A stretch of 64,000 bases of DNA from Gemmatimonadaceae bacterium (lineage in GTDB: Bacteria > Gemmatimonadota > Gemmatimonadetes > Gemmatimonadales > Gemmatimonadaceae), in NCBI GenBank assembly GCA_041661925.1, contig JBAZTM010000008.1, forward strand, positions 1,128 to 65,127. The letters are read 5' to 3'. The translations under genes were made by a program, and so were the position numbers. Below the pieces are notes generated by a model. It ran no database searches. It saw only the letters and a program-made list of their open reading frames with translations, and was not told where the DNA came from. Below, piece after piece: positions 1 through 11,479 of the stretch (its first letter is position 1; every line of letters begins with the position of its first letter).

Positions 1-577
1 GCGGATCCATGACGTGGATTTCCTGCCAGTCGGAACCGGCGCGCGACAGCGTGTAGGCGAGTCGCGTTCCGGCGTCATCGAACGAGAATCCGCCCACGCG
101 CGTGGTGCCGTCGGCGGTGAGCGTGTTGGGGTCGATCAGCACGTCCGGCGTGCCGTCGAGACCGCGTTGCAGGTAGTACACGGACTGGTTCTGCAGTCCG
201 CTATTGCGCGCGTACCACACCCATCCTTTGCGCCGCACAGGCGTCGAGGTGCGCGGGTAGTTAGAGAGCTCCTTCAGCCGCTCGAGGAGCGCCCCGCGAT
301 AGGTGATGCGGTCGAGGTAGCCAAAGGTGACGGCATTCTGTTCGCCCACCCACGCCTTCACGGCGCTGGCGGTGTCGTCCTCGAGCCAGCGGTACGGGTC
401 GGGGACCTTGGTGCCGTGGTAGTCGTCCACGTGTTTCACGGTGCGTGTGGCGGGGTACTTGAGCTTCGGCTGCTGCTGCGCCGTGGCAACGGAGGCGCCG
501 AGCGCGAGCGCCGCCGCGACGATCACGGGGATCGTTCGGAAATGACCGCCGAGCGAGGTGAACCTGCGTTCCGTCAT
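1..577 (-). CDS. Prolyl oligopeptidase (S9A), N-terminal part; the gene runs off the left edge of the window
   Basis: Absent from the ORF track because it is open at the window edge. My translation of the minus strand from ATG 577-575 gives MTERRFTSLGGHFRTIPVIVAAALALGASVATAQQQPKLKYPATRTVKHVDDYHGTKVPDPYRWLEDDTASAVKAWVGEQNAVTFGYL... This is a signal peptide followed by the canonical POP N-terminal block (DPYRWLED ... V..WV..QN). Confidence 0.8.
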   Translation of the reverse strand, partial: MTERRFTSLGGHFRTIPVIVAAALALGASVATAQQQPKLKYPATRTVKHVDDYHGTKVPDPYRWLEDDTASAVKAWVGEQNAVTFGYLDRITYRGALLERLKELSNYPRTSTPVRRKGWVWYARNSGLQNQSVYYLQRGLDGTPDVLIDPNTLTADGTTRVGGFSFDDAGTRLAYTLSRAGSDWQEIHVMDP

Positions 578-800
578 GATATGCTCCAAGGTGGTGCGCG
601 GCTGCGGGTGAATTGGCTGCCATTGATTCTCTTCGATGTACGCCTGATCAGCCAGTCCCGCTGGAGCCGCGCGGGTGCGGAAGATGGGGTCGTCGGCTGG
701 CGCAGGAGCCGCCATCGCACGACCTTTCGCGCTTCGTGTGATGTGGCGCGGTGGCGGGTCGGCTGCCGCGCGATGTCGTCCCGACCAGGAGATTTGCGCC

Positions 801-1985
801 ATGACCCATCGCCACCTGTTCGCGCTGGCCACCGCCATGCCGATCGCCTTCGTCGCCATGCTCGCCGCACCGGCGCACGCCCAGGTGACACCCGCTGCGG
901 CGGTTCCGGCCGCCACGCCGACCGACACCGTGCGGGCGATCCTCCGGCCGCGCGTACCGCTGCCCGCGGAATCGGCGACGACCGGGGTGAACCGCTTCTC
1001 GTTCATCGCATACGGCGACACGCGCGGGCGGCGCGACGGCACTGAGCTGCAATACGAGCACTCGCTGATCGTCGATGCGATGCTGCGCCAGATCGCGCAG
1101 CGGGCCAACGGTCCGTCGCCGATCAAGTTCATCCTGCAGAGCGGCGACGCGGTGGTGAACGGTCGCGATCCCAGGCAGTGGAACGTGAGCTTCACGGGCC
1201 TGATCAACCGACTGACGACCGAGGGCGGCGTGCCGTACTTCCTGGCCCCGGGCAACCACGATGTGACGAGCGCCGCCGAGCTCGACAACCCGGGACGCAA
1301 GGAGGGACTGACGAACTACCTGCGCGCCGTGGCGCAGCTGATTCCCCCGGACGGTGCGACGCGGCGGCTGAATGGATATCCGACGTACGCGTTCGGGTAC
1401 GGCAACACGTTCGTGCTTGCCTTCGACTCCAACATTGCGGCCGACTCGACGCAGTTTGCGTGGGCACGCGCGCAACTCGAGGGGCTCGACCGCAAGCGGT
1501 ACGTGAACATCGTTGCCTTCTTCCATCATCCCACGTACTCATCGGGGCCGCATGGCGGCGCGATCATCGAACGTCCCACGGCGGCGGTGCGCGACAAGTG
1601 GATGCCGATGTTCCGGAAGCACGGGGTGCAGCTGCTCGTGACCGGGCATGAGCACCTGTTCGAACACTGGGTGGAGCGGTACCGCGACGCGCAGGGCGTG
1701 CGGCGGCGCATGGACCAACTCGTCACCGGCGGTGGCGGCGCGCCGCTCTACGGATACCGTGGCACGCCCGATCTGCGTCCCTATATGGCGGCCAGCGGCG
1801 CCGATTCGGCGCGCGTGCAGCACCTCGTGCGACCCGGCCCGGAACCCGGCGACAATCCGTACCACTTCGTGATCGTGCATGTGGACGGCGACCGAATGTC
1901 GCTCGAGGTGCAGAGCGTTGACTGGGGGACAGGGTACGCGCCGTATCGGAGCAATCGGGCGGTGCTGCGGGACAGCGTGCCCTGA
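801..1985 (+). CDS. Secreted metallophosphoesterase (calcineurin-like)
   Basis: ORF 675..1985 contains the motifs GDTRG, GNHD, HHPTYSSGPHGG and GHEHLFEHW. ATG at 801 is preceded by AGGAG and begins a signal peptide (MTHRHLFALATAMPIAFVAMLAAPAHAQ). Confidence 0.85.
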   Translation: MTHRHLFALATAMPIAFVAMLAAPAHAQVTPAAAVPAATPTDTVRAILRPRVPLPAESATTGVNRFSFIAYGDTRGRRDGTELQYEHSLIVDAMLRQIAQRANGPSPIKFILQSGDAVVNGRDPRQWNVSFTGLINRLTTEGGVPYFLAPGNHDVTSAAELDNPGRKEGLTNYLRAVAQLIPPDGATRRLNGYPTYAFGYGNTFVLAFDSNIAADSTQFAWARAQLEGLDRKRYVNIVAFFHHPTYSSGPHGGAIIERPTAAVRDKWMPMFRKHGVQLLVTGHEHLFEHWVERYRDAQGVRRRMDQLVTGGGGAPLYGYRGTPDLRPYMAASGADSARVQHLVRPGPEPGDNPYHFVIVHVDGDRMSLEVQSVDWGTGYAPYRSNRAVLRDSVP

Positions 1986-2010
1986 CGCGATCGTCAAACC
2001 AAGACGCTGG

Positions 2011-2183
2011 CTTTCTTCACCACGGAGCTCACGGAGGAAAACGGAGGGCCACGGAGGACTGCAACTGCTTGAGGGAACTGCGAGCGCCACGCAAACCATT
2101 GCGTGGCGCTCTGTCGCTCACCCAAGCTCTTGCAATCCTCCGTGGCCCTCAAGTGGTTCTCCGTGAGCTCCGTGGTGAAGAAG
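2011..2183. repeat. Composite palindromic intergenic element between convergent genes; probably a bidirectional terminator
   Basis: The left arm (2011-2064) and right arm (2130-2183) are near-perfect reverse complements. Each arm carries four ACGGAG (CTCCGT) motifs spaced 9-10 nt apart. At the centre is a perfect 9-bp hairpin, GCGCCACGC-8nt-GCGTGGCGC (2084-2109). Confidence 0.8.
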
Positions 2184-2687
2184 ATCAGCGCGTGCAAGTC
2201 ACTGTCCGCTAGAACTTCAGCACCTGCTCCTTCAAGTCCCCTGCCTGGAAGTACAGCCCGCGCCGCTCGTCGCCGGGCTGCCTGGCCACGAGCACGGTGT
2301 TCTGCTGGTCGTTGAACGACTCGAACATCAGGTGCACCTTCACGCCGATGGTCTGCACGGGCTTGGCGGCCTTCCACTGCACAAGCACCCACCAGATGGC
2401 CTGGTCACCATCCATGTCAGCGCCGCTGTCGAGCACTTCTCCGGCGAGCCTCGTCCCGTCTGCCGACACCATGAAATTCTGCGCCATGTACGCAGCGACC
2501 GCGGCCTTGGAGGCGGCATCGTCGCTGACCTTGCGCTTGAGCGCCTTGTCGAGGTCGTCACGGAACATCCGCACACGCGCCACGACCGCATTCCCCTCGA
2601 TCACCATGCGCGTGTGCGTGAGGTGCAGGTTGTGCGGTGGGGCGGGCGGTGGCGGCGCGAGCAGGAGCGCCGCGGCGAGCGTGAGGA

Positions 2688-4823
<2,136 letters not shown>

Positions 4824-4893
4824 CACACCTTCGCGAGAGAGGAAAGCGGCGGGCGTACCGTGCTCACGGCACCCGCCAATGTACGGCCGCCGG

Positions 4894-5496
4894 TCAGGCG
4901 GCGTTGCCAAGCCGGTCAAGCAGCAGCGTGAGCCCGATGCCAGCCGCTGCGCCCGAGAGAATCAGCACCCAGTCGCGGCGTCGTACGTGCAGCCAGCGAT
5001 CGGCGGCCAAGCCGAGGGCAAAGAAAATGCTGACGATGAGCACCTGTCCCACTTCGAGTCCGACGTTGAACGCAAACAGCGGAAGCGCGATGGACGTCTC
5101 GGCACCAAGGATGGCATGCAGCGCGCTGGCGAAGCCGAGGCCGTGAATGAGGCCAAAGATGCCGGCCGTGGCGTACCGGCGCCGCATCGCCGCCCGACGC
5201 GTCTCCTCCGACGCGCGAATGAGCTGGTCGCGGATGGCGGCGAGGCCCATGAAGACGATGGTGGCCGCAATGAGCGGTTCCACCACGGCGGCGCTGACGC
5301 TGACAAGGTTGTACGTGGCCAGGGCCAGGGTGATGCTGTGCCCCAGCGTGAACGCGGTGACGAGGACGGCGATGCGTTTCCACTCGTGCACGCCATATGC
5401 CGCGGTGAGGGCCGCGACGAAAAGGATGTGGTCCCACGCGCCGAGGGCGGCGATGTGGTGATACCCCATCCGGAGGTAGAGGGCAAATTCGGACAC
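4894..5496 (-). CDS. HupE/UreJ family membrane protein
   Basis: 200-aa polytopic protein with MGYHHI...WDHILF...GHSITL...GLIHGLGFA, the typical HupE_UreJ pattern. Confidence 0.8.
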   Translation of the reverse strand: MSEFALYLRMGYHHIAALGAWDHILFVAALTAAYGVHEWKRIAVLVTAFTLGHSITLALATYNLVSVSAAVVEPLIAATIVFMGLAAIRDQLIRASEETRRAAMRRRYATAGIFGLIHGLGFASALHAILGAETSIALPLFAFNVGLEVGQVLIVSIFFALGLAADRWLHVRRRDWVLILSGAAAGIGLTLLLDRLGNAA

Positions 5497-5563
5497 GGCG
5501 GGAAAATACAGCGCGGCGGCTTTCGCCGCCGCGCTGTCGGGCCGGGCGCTGCGCGTGCCTCGC

Positions 5564-8500
5564 CTACGGCGCCGGCGGGAGCTTGTCGGCAGGCACCTCG
5601 TACTCGCCCGTCAGCGTGTGCCGCAGCCCCGACGCCTGCTGCTCGGCGGTGATCTCCATCTCGCGCTGCTCGCTGACGAACCGGCGCTTGAACCACGTGC
5701 CGACGTCGTCGAGGTACGTGTAGGCGACGGGGATGACCACCAGCGTCAGCATCGTCGAGGTGATGAGGCCGCCGATCACCGCGTGGGCCATCGGCGCCCG
5801 GAACTCGCCGCCCTCGCCCAGCGCGAGTGCGATGGGGGTCATGCCGGCGATCATCGCAAGCGTCGTCATCATGATCGGACGCAATCGCACCGCCCCCGCC
5901 TCCACGAGCGCGGTGAAGCGGTGCGCGCCGGCGCGACGGCGTTCATTGGCGTTGTCCACCAGCAGAATGGCGTTCTTGGTGACCAGGCCCATGAGCATGA
6001 TCACGCCAATCATCGACATGATGTTCAGCGTCGAGCCCATGATGAGCAGGGCGAGCAGCACGCCCACGAGCGACAACGGAAGCGAAAGCATGATGGCGAT
6101 CGGCTGCGTGAACGACTCGAACTGCGACGCGAGAATGAGGAAGATCAGGATGACGGCGAGTGCCAGCGTCTCCCCAACGTAGCCGAGCGTCTCGACGAAC
6201 ATCTCGGTCTCGCCTCCGAGGGAGACAGAGTAGCCCGGCGGAAGCTGGAGCTTGGCCACCTCGGCCGTGATGGCGTTTGACGCCTCGGTCAACGTGATGT
6301 TTGGCGCGGTGCTTCCGGAGATGATGACGACACGCGCCAGGCGCGAGCGATCAATCTGCGCCGGCGCCGTGGCCACGGTCACCGTGGCGATGTCGCCCAG
6401 CCGTGCGTACGTCACGCCGTTGGGTCCGCCTTGCGCGGTGGGCACCGGCATTGCGCTGACGTCGGCGATGGAACGCCGCAGTTCGGGCGCCACCTGCACG
6501 CGGACGTCGCGCTCCTCGCCGGTCGGGTCCTCCCAGCGCGTCGCCACCTCACCCGCGAAGAGCGGGCGGATGGTCGCCGCAATGGCGCCAATGTCGAGGC
6601 CGAGCTGGTTGGCGGCGTCGCGGTTGACATCGACCCGCAGTTCCGGCTTGGGATCGCCGAGCGACGACTTGACGTCCACGACGCCGGGGATCTTCTCGAC
6701 GGCGGTGCGCAGCTCCGTGGAGAGGCGCTGCAACTCGGTGATGTCGGGGCCGCGCAGTTCGACCTGCAGCGGCGCCTGCGCGCCGCCGGGGCCCGACTGT
6801 GCGAGGACGAAGGATCGGACGCCGTAGAGCTGTCCGAGCCGCGCGCGGGCGTCCATCATCATGTCGTTGGCGCTGCGCGGGCGCTCGTGCGGCTTCACGA
6901 GGCGCACGTAGATCTCGCCGCTGCGCACCGTGCCCGTCGCCCCGGCGCCAATGGTGGTGTAGGTGTACGCCACGCCCTCCATGGCGCGCAGCGAGCCGAC
7001 GATCTGCTCGGCCTTGGACCGCGTCTGCGCGAGACTCGAACCCTCGGGCGTCTCGAAGGTCACCGTGAACTCGCTTTCGTCGGACTGCGGCGAGAACTCG
7101 CCGCCGATGAACGGCGTCAGCGCGAACGCTGCCACCAGGCTGAGCGTGGCGATGACGAGCGTCTGCCACCGGTGCAGGAGCGCCCACTCGATGACACCGC
7201 GGTAGCGATGCGCCACGCGGTCGAACCAGGCGTTGAACCGCGCGATGGTGCGGGTCACGACGTTGCCGCTGTGCGCGCCGTGCACGTGCGGGTCCACGCC
7301 CCACCAGGCGCTGAGCATCGGCGTGAGCGTGAACGACACGAAAAGCGAGACGAGCACCGCCCACGCGACGGTGAGGCCGAAGGCATAGAAGAAGCGGCCG
7401 ATGATGCCGCCCATGAACGCCACCGGCACGAAGACGGCGATGATGGAGAACGTGGTGGCCATGACCGCGAGGATGATCTCGCGCGTTCCCTGGCCGGCCG
7501 CCGTGAAGTGATCCTGCCCCATCTCGCGATGCCGCACGATGTTCTCGATGACCACGATCGCATCGTCGATCAGGATGCCGATCGAGAGCGAGAGCGCCAT
7601 CAGCGTCAGGATGTTCACCGTGAAGCCAAGCGCCTGCATGATGATGAACGCCGAGATGACCGAGACCGGCAGCGACAGCGACGTGATGGCGGTCGCCTTC
7701 CAGTCGTTCAGGAAGAGCATCACGATGATGACCGTCAGCAGCGCGCCGAGGAACAGCTCGTCGAGCATGTCGGCAACGGAGTTGCGGATGAGCACCGAGT
7801 TGTCGCGGACCACGCGCAGTTCGGTGCCCGCGGGCAGCTCCCCGCGCAGCCGCTCGATCTGTGCGTTGATGCCGTCGGCGACGTCCACCGTGTTGGCGCC
7901 GGAACTCTTGATCAGGTCGATGCCGATGGCGCGCCTGGCGTCCACGAGCGCCAGCGAGCGCTCCTCTTCGGTGCCGTCCTCGATGCGCGCCACGTCGCCA
8001 AGCCGGATCACCTGGCCGTTCCGTGTCGCGACGATGACGTCGGCGAACTGGCGCGTCTCCTTGATCCGTCCGCTCACGCGCACGAGCTGCTCGCGCGCGC
8101 CGAGCAGCACGCGGCCGGCCGGGACGTCGAGGTTCTGCGTCCGCAGCGCCATCGTGACCTGCGGCACCGTGATGCCCAGCGCCTCCATGCGCGCCGGCTG
8201 CAGGAAGACGCGCACCTCGCGCTTCAGCCCGCCGGAAATGCGCACCTCGCCCACGCCCCCCACCGACTCGAGGCGGCGGCGAATCGTCTCGTCCGCCAGC
8301 GCCGTGAGGCGCGCCATCGGGATGTCGGGGTTGGAGAGCGCCACCGAGATGATGGGCATCGCGCCGAAGTCGAACTTCTGCACGAGCGGCTGTTCCACGC
8401 CGTCGGGCAGCTCGCGCCGGATGGCGTCGATCTTGGAGCGCAGGTCCTGCGCCGCTGCATCCACATCGCGGCCGAGCTGGAACTCGACGATCACCTGCGA

Positions 8501-8812
8501 CACGCCCTCGAGGGAGACCGAGGTAATCTTCTTGACGTCCTGCACCGGATTGAACGCTTCCTCGAGACGACGCGACACTTCGCGCTCGACGGTACCGGCG
8601 CTCGCGCCAGGATAGATCGTTTGCACCGCGACGATCGGAAAGTCGATCTCCGGGAACTGGTCAATGGGCAGGCGCCGGTAGCTGAAGAAGCCCAGCACCA
8701 CCAGCGCGAGCATCACCATCGAGGTGAACACGGGGCGCCGGATGGCGAGGGCACTCAGGCCGCCGCCCGCCTGATCCGAGGTTCGACGGCCTCGGGCGCT
8801 TCGGGATTCCAT
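5564..8812 (-). CDS. RND efflux transporter, inner-membrane permease (AcrB/CzcA superfamily)
   Basis: 1082 aa with a 12-TM RND architecture and a typical N-terminus ([27 protein letters not shown]...[12 protein letters not shown]). It lies 1 nt downstream of the adaptor gene. Confidence 0.95.
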   Translation of the reverse strand: MESRSARGRRTSDQAGGGLSALAIRRPVFTSMVMLALVVLGFFSYRRLPIDQFPEIDFPIVAVQTIYPGASAGTVEREVSRRLEEAFNPVQDVKKITSVSLEGVSQVIVEFQLGRDVDAAAQDLRSKIDAIRRELPDGVEQPLVQKFDFGAMPIISVALSNPDIPMARLTALADETIRRRLESVGGVGEVRISGGLKREVRVFLQPARMEALGITVPQVTMALRTQNLDVPAGRVLLGAREQLVRVSGRIKETRQFADVIVATRNGQVIRLGDVARIEDGTEEERSLALVDARRAIGIDLIKSSGANTVDVADGINAQIERLRGELPAGTELRVVRDNSVLIRNSVADMLDELFLGALLTVIIVMLFLNDWKATAITSLSLPVSVISAFIIMQALGFTVNILTLMALSLSIGILIDDAIVVIENIVRHREMGQDHFTAAGQGTREIILAVMATTFSIIAVFVPVAFMGGIIGRFFYAFGLTVAWAVLVSLFVSFTLTPMLSAWWGVDPHVHGAHSGNVVTRTIARFNAWFDRVAHRYRGVIEWALLHRWQTLVIATLSLVAAFALTPFIGGEFSPQSDESEFTVTFETPEGSSLAQTRSKAEQIVGSLRAMEGVAYTYTTIGAGATGTVRSGEIYVRLVKPHERPRSANDMMMDARARLGQLYGVRSFVLAQSGPGGAQAPLQVELRGPDITELQRLSTELRTAVEKIPGVVDVKSSLGDPKPELRVDVNRDAANQLGLDIGAIAATIRPLFAGEVATRWEDPTGEERDVRVQVAPELRRSIADVSAMPVPTAQGGPNGVTYARLGDIATVTVATAPAQIDRSRLARVVIISGSTAPNITLTEASNAITAEVAKLQLPPGYSVSLGGETEMFVETLGYVGETLALAVILIFLILASQFESFTQPIAIMLSLPLSLVGVLLALLIMGSTLNIMSMIGVIMLMGLVTKNAILLVDNANERRRAGAHRFTALVEAGAVRLRPIMMTTLAMIAGMTPIALALGEGGEFRAPMAHAVIGGLITSTMLTLVVIPVAYTYLDDVGTWFKRRFVSEQREMEITAEQQASGLRHTLTGEYEVPADKLPPAP

Positions 8813-8813
8813 C

Positions 8814-9935
8814 CTACTTCTCCTTCGCCGTCGACACCTTCGTGCCGTCGGCTATCTCGACACCCGCCGTGACGACGATGCGCTCGCCCGCCTTGAGTCC
8901 GCTCACGATGACAATGGAGCCCGCGTCTTCGTCTCGCGCGCCGGTCGCCACCGCACGGCGGCGGACGACGTCGCCGTCCACCACGAGCACGAACGACTCC
9001 CTCTCGCCCGCGCGCACGGCGTTCATCGGCACGACCACCATCCTCGTCACCGCACCCGTGCGGATGCGGCCGTGCGCGAACTGACCGGCGACGATCTTGC
9101 CGCCGCCATTGGCCAGGCGGGTGAACACACCCACCTGCCGCGTGGTCGCGCTGGCCATGGGATCAACACGCGCCACCGTGCCCTTGAACTGCTGGCCCGG
9201 CATCCCGTCGATCGTGAAGGTCACGAGCTGACCAACGCGAACGTGGGCCGCATCCGCGGCGCCCACCTGACCCTTCAGCTCGAGCGTGCGCGGATCGACC
9301 ACGGTGAACACGGGATCATCCGACTTGACCGACTCGCCCTCTTCCGCCACCCGGTCGCTCACCCAGCCATCAATGGGCGATCGCATCGTCGTGTGCCCCG
9401 CCGCCTCGCTGGCACTCGCGAGCCCCGCGCGCGCCGCGGCAAGCTGCGCCACTGCCGCGTCAAAGCCGGCCTGCGCCGTCTTGAGGTCAATCACCGACAT
9501 GGCGCCGGCCTCGAACAGTTTCCTCGCGCCCTCGAGCCGCTGCAGCGCCACGGCTTGCGCCGCCTCGGCGCTGGAGACGTTCGCCCTGGCCCCCTCCGCC
9601 CCGGTGGTGACCCCCAGGGCTTCAATGCGCGCGAGCATCTGGCCACGGCTCACCTTCGCGCCGCGGTCCACCTTTACGTCACGCAGCGTGCCGGCGACCT
9701 GCGCGCGCACCCGCACAACGTCCGCGGGATCAAGCGCGCCGCTGACGACCACGCTCGGCCCGATGTCGGCGGTCGCCGCGGGCATGACGTCAGTCGCGGC
9801 GAGGGCGACGGGCGGGGCCGCGGTGTCGCCGGACTTAGCGCCGCCGCAGGCGGCTGACGCGGCGGCGATCCCGGCGAGGAAGGCGAAGCGCGCCGCACGC
9901 AGCGCGCGGGACGGGAATGAATGCATGGTGGGCAT
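8814..9935 (-). CDS. RND efflux periplasmic adaptor (MFP/HlyD-like) lipoprotein
   Basis: Lipobox (AAASAACGG), coiled-coil hairpin and beta-barrel segments. Positioned between the TolC and RND genes. Confidence 0.9.
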   Translation of the reverse strand: MPTMHSFPSRALRAARFAFLAGIAAASAACGGAKSGDTAAPPVALAATDVMPAATADIGPSVVVSGALDPADVVRVRAQVAGTLRDVKVDRGAKVSRGQMLARIEALGVTTGAEGARANVSSAEAAQAVALQRLEGARKLFEAGAMSVIDLKTAQAGFDAAVAQLAAARAGLASASEAAGHTTMRSPIDGWVSDRVAEEGESVKSDDPVFTVVDPRTLELKGQVGAADAAHVRVGQLVTFTIDGMPGQQFKGTVARVDPMASATTRQVGVFTRLANGGGKIVAGQFAHGRIRTGAVTRMVVVPMNAVRAGERESFVLVVDGDVVRRRAVATGARDEDAGSIVIVSGLKAGERIVVTAGVEIADGTKVSTAKEK

Positions 9936-9937
9936 GA

Positions 9938-11326
9938 TTAACGGGCCGTGGAGAGGGCGGCGGAGCTCGCGCCGAGGGCGCGCTGCAGTCCCGCGTCAGC
10001 GATGTGGTATTGAGCGACAGCTTGTGCGTAGTTGGCGCGCGCCATCAGGAGGCCAAGACGCGCATCGCTCACGTCGAGATGCGTGGCGAGTCCCTGGTCG
10101 TAGCGCAGAACGGTGAGGTCGTGCACGCGCTGCGCCTGATCCACCGTGCGCTGTCGCGCCGTGATGGCCGTCGCCGCGCGCGCCCGCTCGCCGAGCGCCT
10201 GCTGGTACTGCAGCTGCACCGCCTCGCGCAGCTGGGCGAGGCGGTACCGCTCCTGCTGTAGGCCGATGCGCGCTTGCGACAGGTCGGCGTTGCGCTTGAG
10301 TCCGCTGAAGAGCGGCACCTTGAGCGTCAGCGAGGCGTTCCAGTCGGTGAGCCAATCGCGGCCGTTCAGCGCGAAGACCTCCTGCGGGTACATGATGCGG
10401 CCGAGGCTCATGCGGAAGTCGAGTGACGGGATGTAGGCCGCGATGGCCTGCTTGACGAGTTCATTGGCGATGCGCACCGCCTGCTGCTCGGCCTGCACGG
10501 CGGCGCGATCCGACGCCACCGTGGCGGGATCGAGGCCCTCCATGGCCGGGACGGTCGGCGCGAGAAGCCGCGAGGTCAGCACGAGCGGCGCCGTCATGGG
10601 AACATTGATGAGCCGCTTCAGGTCCAGCGTCGCGATGGCCGCGGCGTTCTGTGCCTCCACGAGCTGCGGCTTCAGGTTCTCGAGCGACACCTCGGCGCGC
10701 AGGACGTCGAGCTCCGACCCAAGGCCGGACTTGAGGCGCAGGCGTTCCTGACCAAGGAACCGGTCGGCCTGCGCGACGGCCTCATGCGCGCTCGCCTCGA
10801 GCTCGGCGGCGAGCTGGGCGCGCACGTACGACGCGCGCACCTGATATTCCGTCTCGGCGAGCTGTTCGCGAAGGCTGAGGCGCGACGCGGACTGATAGTA
10901 GTTCGCGATGCGAAGCGCGCTGCCGAGCCGCGGCGAGAAGATCGCCTGCGTGGCCGTCAGGTTGGCCGTGTACTGATTGGCCCGGCCGAACGGCAGGTTG
11001 GCGAACAACTTGGCCAGCGGATTCGGCGTGGTGTCGCCGGGCTCAGCGGCCGGTGCCTTGATCTGGAACGGCGACGCATAGGTGCGCATGTAGTTGAAGC
11101 TGCCATCAATCGTCGGGAACGCCGCCGAGCGCGCCGACGAAACCTGCGTGGCGGCGATGTCCACCTGGGCGCGCGCGAGGCGCGCCTCCTCGCCCACGGT
11201 CCCGGCGCGGGCGAGCGCCTCCTCCATGGAGATGCGGATGGTGTCGGCGGCCGCTGGACGCTGTGCCTGCGCGGCCGGAGCGGCCGCGAGGGCAAGCGCG
11301 AGAAGGCGAGAGAGAATGCGATTCAC
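9938..11326 (-). CDS. TolC family outer-membrane efflux protein
   Basis: Signal peptide, duplicated TolC repeats, and first position in the efflux operon. Confidence 0.9.
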   Translation of the reverse strand: MNRILSRLLALALAAAPAAQAQRPAAADTIRISMEEALARAGTVGEEARLARAQVDIAATQVSSARSAAFPTIDGSFNYMRTYASPFQIKAPAAEPGDTTPNPLAKLFANLPFGRANQYTANLTATQAIFSPRLGSALRIANYYQSASRLSLREQLAETEYQVRASYVRAQLAAELEASAHEAVAQADRFLGQERLRLKSGLGSELDVLRAEVSLENLKPQLVEAQNAAAIATLDLKRLINVPMTAPLVLTSRLLAPTVPAMEGLDPATVASDRAAVQAEQQAVRIANELVKQAIAAYIPSLDFRMSLGRIMYPQEVFALNGRDWLTDWNASLTLKVPLFSGLKRNADLSQARIGLQQERYRLAQLREAVQLQYQQALGERARAATAITARQRTVDQAQRVHDLTVLRYDQGLATHLDVSDARLGLLMARANYAQAVAQYHIADAGLQRALGASSAALSTAR

Positions 11327-11479
11327 CTGGAATCCTGTCGGTTCGACCCAGTTGGTTGGCGTCCGACGGCGCGGCGTCGGCAGTCAGTGTCCATTTGCAG
11401 TCCATAAAAGATGCGCGCTCGCCGTAGTCCGCGCACCTGCGCATCATTGGGGAGGCGAAAACCACACCGAGGGTCCCGC

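Noticed and set aside
6431-8872. 813-aa ORF on the plus strand, and similar very long track ORFs (11498..13591 -, 42432..43763 -, 53997..56450 +, 45080..45985 +, 59368..60741 +).
   Set aside because: They lie antisense or off-frame to genes with clear domain signatures (RND pump, secreted protein, ABC exporter, TonB receptor, MFS, AguA). Their translations are R/A/G/P/H-rich with no recognisable motifs. These are typical shadow ORFs of high-GC DNA.
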